From an uncultured Pseudomonadales bacterium (lineage in GTDB: Bacteria > Patescibacteriota > Microgenomatia > UBA1400 > PJMF01): DNA of 49,194 nucleotides. Both the position numbers and the translations under genes were made by a program. How positions within the stretch are numbered: the first letter of the stretch is position 1; every line of letters starts with the position of its first letter. A model generated the notes under the pieces. It saw nothing but the letters and a program-made list of their open reading frames with translations. It was not told where the DNA came from and did no database searches. Of the stretch, positions 1 through 7,654 are shown one piece after another. The DNA is taken from NCBI GenBank assembly GCA_964452285.1, contig CAYVKW010000003.1:1-49194 (forward strand), read 5' to 3'.

Positions 1-3000
1 AACTTGCTGTCTTTGCCGCTGTCGTCCCATCGCTCCAAGCATAATTAGCTTCAGGTGTAACAGTTGCTGTATATGAGCCAGCATCTGTTGCCGAAGCTGT
101 TCCGCCCACAGTATAGCCAGTTCCAGCAGCCAAACCCACTTGCGCCGATCCATTGTAAGTGCGATTAGTTGCCGTTGGAACTGAGATAGAGGCTCTGGTA
201 ATCGTTAATTTACCAGTTGCATTTGTCACTGTGTAGTTAGCAGTCACATCAGTTGTTCCCGATTTAATTATCGCTGTTGCAATTGTATTGTCTACCTCTC
301 CCACCTCGGTAATGGTCGAACCAGCTGTCATTGTACAAGTTACTGTTTGACCAGACACCAGATTGTTACCTGTACAAGCCGAATTAGTCAAAGCTGAACC
401 ATTGTAAGCTCTTGAAGAACTGCCTGCTGTCACAGTAATCGCTCTCTTGTTGACTGTCAGCGTTCCATTCACTTTAGTGATTGCATAGTTAGCCGATACA
501 TCATTGGCAGAAGCATCTTTAATCACTACCGTTGACAAGGTATTTGCTGCTGATCCAGCCGTTGTTTGTGATCCCGTATTAGTACAAGTTGCACTGTGTC
601 CCGAGACCAAAGTGCCCGTGGTTAAACTACAGGCAGACGCCAAACTCAAAGCTGAGCCATCATAGGTTTTGCTCGTTGAAGCGGCAGTATATGTCACCGG
701 TTTTTGAGCCACACTACATGACAATGTCTTTTCCGTCTCTCCATCAGAGAAAGCATAATTATCATTTGCCACTACCGTCACTGTTTGTGTTCCTGCCACT
801 GTTCGGCTGTTATTGGTATAGGTTACATTGGCTCCACCAGCTGCCAAAGTTTGCGCACTACCATTGTAAGTTAATGTATTACATGAACCCGTCGTGGCTG
901 TAGCTGCTCTTGTCACAGTTAAACTTCCCGTTACATTGACTACTGTATAATTACTACTCACATCATTACTGCTCCCATCTTTTATTACTGATGTACTTAT
1001 TGTATTTACCACGCTCCCCACATTTGTTATCGTACTTCCAGCTGTCATTGTACATGTTACACTATGACCAGACACCAAAGTCGCTCCTGTACAGCTGCCA
1101 TTTGTTAATGCATTTCCATTATATGCTCTGCTCGCACTTCCAGCTGTGACGGTCACCGATTTTTTAGCAATGGAACAAGAAAGAGTTTTAGAAGTAGCTG
1201 TGTCTGAGAAACGATAACCAGAAGTAGCATTTACCGTCACTGTTTGGGACCCAGCATTTGTCATCGTATTATTAGAATAAGTTACCCCAGTACCTCCAGA
1301 AGCTAGAGTTTGAGCACTGCCATTATAAGTTAAAGAAGCGCACGAACCAGTTGTAGCCACCTTGTAGCCAGTTACCGTATACGTAGCAGTCCTATTATTG
1401 TAATTAGTCGTATCCGTTGGCGTAAAAGTCACAGTAATAGTTGAAGTACCATTAGAAACACCTGTTATAGTCACAGTCTTTGCAGTATTAGCTGTAATCG
1501 AGGAATAGGAAGCGGGGGACACAGTTGCTACAGCAGTAGTGCCAGAGACATTTTCAAATCCTCCCGCTACATTAGCCGTTTCTGTAAAGGTAATCGTCGA
1601 TCCAGCATTTACTGTTCCCGAAGTCGCAGATAAAGTCAAAGTTGGAGTGGCTTTGGCAATACTACAAGTGAAAGTTTTAGTTGACGTAGCATTATCACTC
1701 CAACGATAGCCACTCGCCAAAGTTGCAGTAATGGTATACGAACCAGCATTAGTTTGTGAATAACCAGACAGAGTATAACCAGTGCCGGAAGTAACTGAGG
1801 TCAATTGTTGTGCCGAACCAGTATAAGTCCGAGCTACACATAAGGAATTAGTTGGAATAGTCGCGCTCGAAGCAATTGTTGCTGTATACGTAGCAGTCCT
1901 ATTGTTGTAATTAGTCGTATCCGTTGGTGTAAAAGTCACAGTGATAGTTGAAGCTCCTCCAGCTACACCAGTTACAGTTACAGTTTGAGCTGTATTAGCT
2001 GCAATCGAGGAATAGGAAGCGGGGGACACAGTTGCTACAGCAGTAGTGCCAGAGACATTGCTAAAGTTTCCAGCAATATTGGCCGTTTCCGTAAAAGTCA
2101 TTGTTTTACCTGCTACCACTGTCCCCGAAGTCGCAGACAAAGTTAAAGTCGGGGTGGCTTTTGAGATTGTATGAGCAGTACAAGCCGAAGTCGCGCTATT
2201 GTAATTGCTGGTAGCCGCCACTGTTGCTTTCACTGAATATGAGCCCGCATTAGTTGGGGCTGAAGATAAAGTTGTACCACAAGCAGTCCCTGAATAATAA
2301 GTATAGGTAATAGCTCCACCAGAGGCTGGAGAAACTGTAGCTGTATTCGCTGCAATCGCCGAACCAGTATATGTTTCTGATCTCGCTGTTAAAGAAACAG
2401 TTGGGTTAGCTTTATTAATCGTCAAAGTGTAATCCTTATAAACACTCACATAATTAGTTGTTGCTGCACTCGTCACTCTCACTGTCACCGTTGTTCCAGC
2501 CGCCAATCCAGCCAAAGAAGAAATTGTTACCGTTGTCCCACTGATCGTTGTCGCTGCTGACGTCGAAGTTGTTTCTGCCACCGACAATGTCCCCCCACTT
2601 GTATTAGCAGACACAGTAAAAGTAGTACTCGCTGTTCCGTATGTCGTAGTTCCAGAACTTGCCGACAAAGTTAAAGTCGGGGTAGCTTGGGCAATCGTAA
2701 AACTTGCCGATTTAGTATTGCCGGCCACATCTTTCACCCAAGCATAATAAGTTCCAGCATTACGAACTGTTGAATCAGTTACTGTCGTACTCGCCGTCGT
2801 CGCCGTAATAGTAGTCCAGCCACTCGTCGGCGCAGTTGAACTATTCGTCACTTGCCAACCATTAATACCAGAATTAGCATCCTGAAAAGTAATTGATGAT
2901 TTAGCACCATAAGTTACATTTGTTGCACTTACTGTCGGTAGCGTCGTATCCACTTGTACCGTACAGGTATTAGAATATCCAACGTTTCCCGCATAATCAA

Positions 3001-3853
3001 TCACTTTATAACGGTAAGTGTAACAACCCTGCGCCATTGGATTTTGAGTTAACGAAGTTACATAAGGATTACCTACATTAGCATAAGAACTCATACCGCT
3101 GCAAGCAAAAGCTGTTGAAGAAGACACTTGAAAATAAGAATTGCTCGTATCTACTCCAGATCCAGTCTCCACCAAATTAGCAAAATTTGCTGTTACTGTA
3201 AAACTGCTATCAGACACAGATGCCGAACAAGCAATTGTCATACCCGTCGGAGCAGTTTCATCACAACCATTAACAGTCAAATCATATGGTGCACTGGTTG
3301 TTCCAGTTCCATTATCAAAATCAGACAGACAAACTGCAGTTTGATCTAAATACAAAGCAGGCAGGCTAGCATAATCAGTAGTGGTTGTAATTGCTGTAGA
3401 AGCCAAAGCCCCACTAGTATTAATTGCGTAAGCTTGACCACTTGTAGCACTCGGAGTTCTCGTCCACACATAAGAAGCACCAGTTGGCAAATAATTTCCA
3501 GTCGCGCTGCCATTTAATGCCGTTCTGTATGTTTCTTTTACACTCGCCCATTCTGAGTAAGAAACTGTAGAAATTTTTGGTGAAGAACAAGACGTTCCAC
3601 TTTCATTTCCTTGCACTCCAGAACTCCAAGTGGTATTCAAAACATAAGTTGCATAATCACCCAGTAAACTCAAAAAACCCGTCGAGCTATTATTTAAAGA
3701 GGCAGACAAATCCGATGCGCACCAGACATTACTATCAGCATCATAAGTTATAGCTTTCACTTCTTGAGTTAAATTCGCGCCCAAAAACACCAACCCTGAC
3801 GTCAAGATCACAACACCTAGCTTTACCAGTATTTTCAACCAAATTTGTTTCAT
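1..3853 (-). CDS. Giant secreted repeat-rich surface protein (adhesin-like); N-terminus complete, C-terminus cut by the window edge
   Basis: Absent from the supplied ORF track because it has no stop inside the window. My reverse-complement translation from the ATG at 3853-3851 gives MKQIWLKILVKLGVVILTSGLVFLGANLTQEVKA, a signal peptide or anchor. The frame stays open to position 1. Frame check: codons 61-59 down to 4-2 read ...VTPEANYAWSDGTTAAKTAS in the same frame as the ATG, giving 1284 codons plus 1 nt. The distal half consists of ~85-aa modules of the form K(K/R)x(I/V)TVTAGSxSRAYNGSALT..LVSG(H/Q)xVTCT..AG....VG......I...S..DV(S/T)xNYxVxxxxGxLT(I/V)xR. These resemble MBG/YDG-type repeats of giant adhesins. 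The protein is Thr/Ala/Ser/Gly-rich. Confidence 0.8.
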   Translation of the reverse strand, partial: MKQIWLKILVKLGVVILTSGLVFLGANLTQEVKAITYDADSNVWCASDLSASLNNSSTGFLSLLGDYATYVLNTTWSSGVQGNESGTSCSSPKISTVSYSEWASVKETYRTALNGSATGNYLPTGASYVWTRTPSATSGQAYAINTSGALASTAITTTTDYASLPALYLDQTAVCLSDFDNGTGTTSAPYDLTVNGCDETAPTGMTIACSASVSDSSFTVTANFANLVETGSGVDTSNSYFQVSSSTAFACSGMSSYANVGNPYVTSLTQNPMAQGCYTYRYKVIDYAGNVGYSNTCTVQVDTTLPTVSATNVTYGAKSSITFQDANSGINGWQVTNSSTAPTSGWTTITATTASTTVTDSTVRNAGTYYAWVKDVAGNTKSASFTIAQATPTLTLSASSGTTTYGTASTTFTVSANTSGGTLSVAETTSTSAATTISGTTVTISSLAGLAAGTTVTVRVTSAATTNYVSVYKDYTLTINKANPTVSLTARSETYTGSAIAANTATVSPASGGAITYTYYSGTACGTTLSSAPTNAGSYSVKATVAATSNYNSATSACTAHTISKATPTLTLSATSGTVVAGKTMTFTETANIAGNFSNVSGTTAVATVSPASYSSIAANTAQTVTVTGVAGGASTITVTFTPTDTTNYNNRTATYTATIASSATIPTNSLCVARTYTGSAQQLTSVTSGTGYTLSGYSQTNAGSYTITATLASGYRWSDNATSTKTFTCSIAKATPTLTLSATSGTVNAGSTITFTETANVAGGFENVSGTTAVATVSPASYSSITANTAKTVTITGVSNGTSTITVTFTPTDTTNYNNRTATYTVTGYKVATTGSCASLTYNGSAQTLASGGTGVTYSNNTMTNAGSQTVTVNATSGYRFSDTATSKTLSCSIAKKSVTVTAGSASRAYNGNALTNGSCTGATLVSGHSVTCTMTAGSTITNVGSVVNTISTSVIKDGSSNDVSSNYTVVNVTGSLTVTRAATATTGSCNTLTYNGSAQTLAAGGANVTYTNNSRTVAGTQTVTVVANDNYAFSDGETEKTLSCSVAQKPVTYTAASTSKTYDGSALSLASACSLTTGTLVSGHSATCTNTGSQTTAGSAANTLSTVVIKDASANDVSANYAITKVNGTLTVNKRAITVTAGSSSRAYNGSALTNSACTGNNLVSGQTVTCTMTAGSTITEVGEVDNTIATAIIKSGTTDVTANYTVTNATGKLTITRASISVPTATNRTYNGSAQVGLAAGTGYTVGGTASATDAGSYTATVTPEANYAWSDGTTAAKTAS
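1377..2170 (-). repeat. Intragenic tandem duplication: two near-identical ~290-bp segments spaced 507 bp apart inside the adhesin gene
   Basis: Copy 1 starts at 1377 (gtatacgtagcagtcctattattgtaattagtcgtatccgttggcgtaaaagtcacagt...). Copy 2 starts at 1884 (gtatacgtagcagtcctattgttgtaattagtcgtatccgttggtgtaaaagtcacagt...). Both continue through ...aatcgaggaataggaagcgggggacacagttgctacagcagtagtgccagagacatt... with scattered substitutions. A weaker third echo of the module end lies near 2650-2700. Confidence 0.85.
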
Positions 3854-3876
3854 TCTATTCTTTATTTTGCTTATTC

Positions 3877-3885
3877 ATTTTAACA
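3877..3885 (-). promoter_or_regulatory. Extended -10 element (TGTTAAAAT) for the adhesin gene
   Basis: The + strand reads attttaaca, the reverse complement of TGTTAAAAT. It lies 23 nt upstream of the ATG at 3853. No Shine-Dalgarno-like tract lies in between. Confidence 0.45.
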
Positions 3886-4294
3886 TGAATGCTTCAAAGA
3901 ATGCAAGCATATCTCATACCTAAAAAAAGTTCATAATCGTTCAAATTTAATCTACATTATTTCTAGTAAATTTTATCCGATAAATAAGAATTTTTATTAA
4001 GAAATTAGTGATAATTTACTCAAAAAAAATATCTGATATTATAATTTGCGATTTGGTCGTCTTATTAATAATATTTTTTCTCTTATTCTTTCATCGAAAA
4101 ACTCCACCAAAATTTCTGCATCAAAAATCATCTAAGTCATTTTTTTCATCTTTTTATTTCAAATCAATTTTTTGTCTACATTGTTTCCCAAAATCTTATT
4201 TTAATCACCTAGATACCACCCAACTTCAATTTACTGCAAACAATTCTTATTTCTTTTAGTTCTTCTTGTTTTTCATGTCCGGCACGTACAAGTT

Positions 4295-6406
4295 TTACAC
4301 TTTTATCAGCCAGCCTGCATCATTCTCAAATACCACCATCAAATTCGACTTTAAACCATCAAGCAGTTCCTTTGACATCTTTTTCATATCATTCTGTTCC
4401 AGAATTAATATTTCTATACCCAAACTATTCAAACTCTTACCAAAATTGGCTGCGTCAGTTTCTTGGAAAATTTTTTTCATACTACTCTCCTTTTTTTTAA
4501 AATCAAAATTGTGAGTTTCTAAGATCATCTGATTACTTAGATAAGTCTTTCTGCCAATTAACCCTGGTATCACGCTTGCTCTTTTCATCCGCTCATTTGT
4601 CGGAGCCACACCGATTAGATTATCCGTTATGGTCAATTCTTGAGCTTTATTTAATAGCTCCAAAAGTTTCCTTTCGTAAAAACCAGCTTCTTCATTTCTA
4701 GTTATTGTTGCTTGCCAATAATGCCACATATTTCTACTCGTTCTTGGTATTAATAAAATTACAATCGCTATCACCAATATTCTTTTTAAGCCTATCCACA
4801 CTTTTTGAAACTGAGCGCTCCCTCTTTTCCCCTCACTTTTTTCCCACCAAGATGCTAAGTTTACACCCAATAAAACCGACAAAGCCGTTGCTCCTAAAAT
4901 TAAAAAGTTGAAAGTATTAAAACCTCCTTTTGCCTGCAAAAAGTTAAAACCAATTATCGTCCAGACTATAAAACTGGCACTAAAAAAACAGATATTTTCT
5001 CCTTTAAGCCAGCGCGCGGCTTTTTTCCCTATCAATAAACCAAAAAGCCGCGCGCCATATACAAATATTAATGCTACTCCCACTAATTTGAAATTTTCCC
5101 AAATAATTCTTTTTCCATTATTATTAGCTATAAATTGTTGCTCCCGCAGAAACCACTCTCGCCAATTCAATTGCATTTCAGCTGCTATTTCTCGCGGCCA
5201 AACTAAAGGTGCGTAAATCAAACCATCGCTCACTGAAGTAATACTTTTCAATAAAATTAATCCCGTTCCAGCCGCCAAAAGCATCATTATTCCTTCTTTA
5301 AGAAATTCTCTCTTTATCATCTTTATTATCGACTCTTCTTTCGTTTTACTTTTTTTCATCAGCGCTCGCCCAGTCCTAAAGACTAGGCTCGCGCCCCATC
5401 CTCCCAAGAAAAAAGCCCACCAATAAACTTTAAACAAGATCAGCGGCGCCAACAAAATTAACAGCCACCATAGAATTTTACTCTTTCTTTCCTGCCAATA
5501 ATAATTAAGCAGCAACCAACTCGAGAAAAATATTAACTTCGCCGCCATAAACGGCATATTCAAAAATTGATCTGCTCCATTATCAAAAGTTGCCATCTCC
5601 CAGCCTTTTCCTCCTGGAATAAACCAACTTAGAAAATAACCTCCGTCTCCCGCTATCAAACACACTAAAGTTACCCAAAAAGCCGCCGTTTTTTTCTTTG
5701 TCACCACTAATATCGCTTGATAAATTACAACCGTTATTAAAATTACCAATAAACAAGGAACAAATTGAAAAAACACGTTTACCGTCGGCAAGCCCAATCT
5801 TACCAATTGTGCCCACAGTAAATCAGAAAAATAATGATAATTTTCCAAAGGCGCATTTACTTCTGGCCTCATCGCCGGCCAGCTCTGAGCTAAACTATTA
5901 ACAAAACCAAGATGCATTAATCCATCCTGATTATTAGTAAAAAAGAATCTTACCCCATCATCCGTTCGCAATCCAGAACCAAAAATTGCCGGTAGTTGTA
6001 TCATTAATGCCAAAACCACCAAAATTAATAAAGCTCGCTGCTCTTTCCAAATTCTTCTCCATTTAATTAATTTCTCATTTTTCTTCAGCAGTTTCCTCTT
6101 TTCTTTTTGCTGCCGGCACCGCCATTGCCATCCTTCCCAAATCGCCATTAATATTAATCCACCCTCATAAACATAAACCAAGTTGTAACACCCCAAAATT
6201 CCACTGCCATAAGCCACAATCGTCAAAAACACCATTCCCAACACCACCGCCAGTGCCGCTTTTGTCATTTTACTCAATTTTATTTCTTTTTTTAACACTA
6301 ACCAGCCTGGAAACCACCATAAAATCATCACCACTGCCAAAAAATACAGCCCAAAAGCATAAAATTGCCAATCCGTCAAACCATAAAAAAGCATATTTCT
6401 CCTCAT
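4295..6406 (-). CDS. Large polytopic integral membrane protein, possibly a GT-C/ArnT-PMT-like or O-antigen-polymerase-like enzyme; function not established
   Basis: 703-aa ORF with many hydrophobic helices along the first ~570 aa and a soluble ~130-aa K/E-rich C-terminal domain. Stop is TAA. I recognised no diagnostic catalytic motif. Confidence 0.6.
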   Translation of the reverse strand: MRRNMLFYGLTDWQFYAFGLYFLAVVMILWWFPGWLVLKKEIKLSKMTKAALAVVLGMVFLTIVAYGSGILGCYNLVYVYEGGLILMAIWEGWQWRCRQQKEKRKLLKKNEKLIKWRRIWKEQRALLILVVLALMIQLPAIFGSGLRTDDGVRFFFTNNQDGLMHLGFVNSLAQSWPAMRPEVNAPLENYHYFSDLLWAQLVRLGLPTVNVFFQFVPCLLVILITVVIYQAILVVTKKKTAAFWVTLVCLIAGDGGYFLSWFIPGGKGWEMATFDNGADQFLNMPFMAAKLIFFSSWLLLNYYWQERKSKILWWLLILLAPLILFKVYWWAFFLGGWGASLVFRTGRALMKKSKTKEESIIKMIKREFLKEGIMMLLAAGTGLILLKSITSVSDGLIYAPLVWPREIAAEMQLNWREWFLREQQFIANNNGKRIIWENFKLVGVALIFVYGARLFGLLIGKKAARWLKGENICFFSASFIVWTIIGFNFLQAKGGFNTFNFLILGATALSVLLGVNLASWWEKSEGKRGSAQFQKVWIGLKRILVIAIVILLIPRTSRNMWHYWQATITRNEEAGFYERKLLELLNKAQELTITDNLIGVAPTNERMKRASVIPGLIGRKTYLSNQMILETHNFDFKKKESSMKKIFQETDAANFGKSLNSLGIEILILEQNDMKKMSKELLDGLKSNLMVVFENDAGWLIKV

Positions 6407-6466
6407 TATACAATAAATTTACTCATCTTTTTCTCTCAACCTTGGTCTATTGATCTCTAAAAACCC

Positions 6467-6494
6467 TTGACTTTTTTCTTTTTTCTGTTATAAT
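6467..6494 (+). promoter_or_regulatory. Sigma-70-type promoter of the rplJ-rplL operon
   Basis: TTGACT at 6467-6472, a 16-nt spacer, then TATAAT at 6489-6494. This lies about 125 nt upstream of the rplJ ATG. Confidence 0.6.
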
Positions 6495-6617
6495 CCTTCC
6501 ACATTAAGCCAAAGACAGCGCGCCATCATAAGTCACGCCGAGGTAAAAACAATGTTTTTCTCTTATCTTTGGTTTAACCAAAGATTTTTTATATTAAATT
6601 AGAATAGAAAGTAAAAC
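6495..6617 (+). promoter_or_regulatory. Candidate ribosomal protein L10 leader with an attenuator-like hairpin
   Basis: An unusually long (~120 nt) 5' leader for this genome. It contains a GC-rich segment (agacagcgcgccatcataagtcacgccgagg). A hairpin follows at 6565-6585 (atctttggt-tta-accaaagat), then a T-run at 6586-6590, just before the rplJ start. L10 leaders regulated by the L10(L12)n complex are established in other bacteria. Confidence 0.4.
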
Positions 6618-7124
6618 ATGCCTAGTCAAAAAAACACTCAAAGCCTTGAAGTCGTAAAGGACAAACTTAGTCAAGCCAAATCCATTCTTGTTGTTGATTA
6701 CTCAGGAACGACCGTCAATGAGCAAAGCGAATTCCGCCGTCAACTCAAAACCGCTGGTGGCGAATTTTTTGTCACTAAAAACACCCTCATTGGCCTCGGT
6801 TTTGACAATCAGCCCACCATCAAAGAGGCTCTCTCTGGCATGAACGCTCTTATCTTATCATACGATGACGAAGTTGGCGCCGTTAAAGTCACTTATGACT
6901 TTATGAAAGATAAAGAGAAGTTAACTGTGAAAGTCGGTTATTTAGACGGCAAATTTCTCACTGCCGACGAGACTAAAGTTCTTAGCCAAGTTCCAGGTAA
7001 GTCAGAACTTATGTCTATGTTGGTCCGTACGCTCAATGCTCCAGCTACCAACTTAGTTAGCGTTCTTAAGGCTAATATCCGCGATCTCACCTACGTTTTA
7101 CAGGCTATCGCAGATAAAAAATAA
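6618..7124 (+). CDS. rplJ: 50S ribosomal protein L10
   Basis: 168 aa. Typical L10 N-terminus (...VVDYSGTTVNEQSEFRRQLKTAGGEFFVTKNTL...). Sits immediately upstream of rplL. Confidence 0.93.
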   Translation: MPSQKNTQSLEVVKDKLSQAKSILVVDYSGTTVNEQSEFRRQLKTAGGEFFVTKNTLIGLGFDNQPTIKEALSGMNALILSYDDEVGAVKVTYDFMKDKEKLTVKVGYLDGKFLTADETKVLSQVPGKSELMSMLVRTLNAPATNLVSVLKANIRDLTYVLQAIADKK

Positions 7125-7175
7125 TTTGTTTTTATAAAGTAGTTAAAAAAGTAGTTAAAAGAAAGAAAGAAAACT

Positions 7176-7556
7176 ATGTCAGAAAAAGTGGAAAAAATTG
7201 TTACCGCTGTTAAAGAACTCTCCTTAATGGAAGTTTCTGAATTAGTCAAAGCTTTAGAAGAAGAATTTGGCGTTACCGCTGCTGCTCCTGTGATGATGGG
7301 TGCCGCTATGCCAGGTGCCGCCGCTGCTCCAGCTGAAGAAAAAACTGAATTCACCGTCATTTTGAAAGACGCTGGTAGCAATAAAATTGCCGCCATTAAA
7401 GCTGTTCGCACTCTCAAACCAGAATTAGGTCTCGGAGAAGCCAAAGCTTTTGTTGAAGGCGCTCCTAAAAATGTCTTAGAAGACGTCAAAAAAGAAGCTG
7501 CAGAAGCTGCCAAAAAAACCCTAGAAGAAGCAGGCTGCGTTGTTGAATTGAAGTAA
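7176..7556 (+). CDS. rplL: 50S ribosomal protein L7/L12
   Basis: 126 aa. N-terminal dimerisation helix, an Ala/Pro-rich hinge ([22 protein letters not shown]) and a C-terminal domain ([62 protein letters not shown]). Confidence 0.96.
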   Translation: MSEKVEKIVTAVKELSLMEVSELVKALEEEFGVTAAAPVMMGAAMPGAAAAPAEEKTEFTVILKDAGSNKIAAIKAVRTLKPELGLGEAKAFVEGAPKNVLEDVKKEAAEAAKKTLEEAGCVVELK

Positions 7557-7583
7557 TTCTTTTCTTTAAGGAAAATAAAAAAA

Positions 7584-7608
7584 CTGGCTTCTTTAAGCCA
7601 GTTTTTTT
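7584..7608 (+). terminator. Intrinsic terminator after rplL
   Basis: Stem ctggctt (7584-7590), loop cttt, stem aagccag (7595-7601), then TTTTTTT (7602-7608). Confidence 0.8.
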
Positions 7609-7639
7609 ATTTTTCCCCCTCCTTTTTCTTTTTTCCTTA

Positions 7640-7648
7640 TGCTATAAT
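7640..7648 (+). promoter_or_regulatory. Extended -10 promoter (TGCTATAAT), 6 nt upstream of the ATG at 7655
   Basis: TGcTATAAT read directly at 7640-7648. Only gttttt separates it from the start codon. Confidence 0.55.
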
Positions 7649-7654
7649 GTTTTT

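Noticed and set aside
1377-2170. Diversity-generating retroelement (template/variable repeat pair) as the explanation for the near-identical modules
   Set aside because: No reverse transcriptase gene lies in the window. Both copies are in-frame parts of the same gene. The differences I could read are not restricted to adenine positions.
589-3349. + strand track ORFs 589-903, 3128-3349 and 3141-3344
   Set aside because: They lie wholly inside the long minus-strand adhesin ORF. They encode low-complexity peptides with no signals and are shadow ORFs.
7091-7513. 140-aa Ala-rich ORF on the minus strand overlapping rplL
   Set aside because: It is the antisense reading of the GC/Ala-rich L7/L12 gene. 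It has no start context or motif, and rplL on the + strand is unambiguous.
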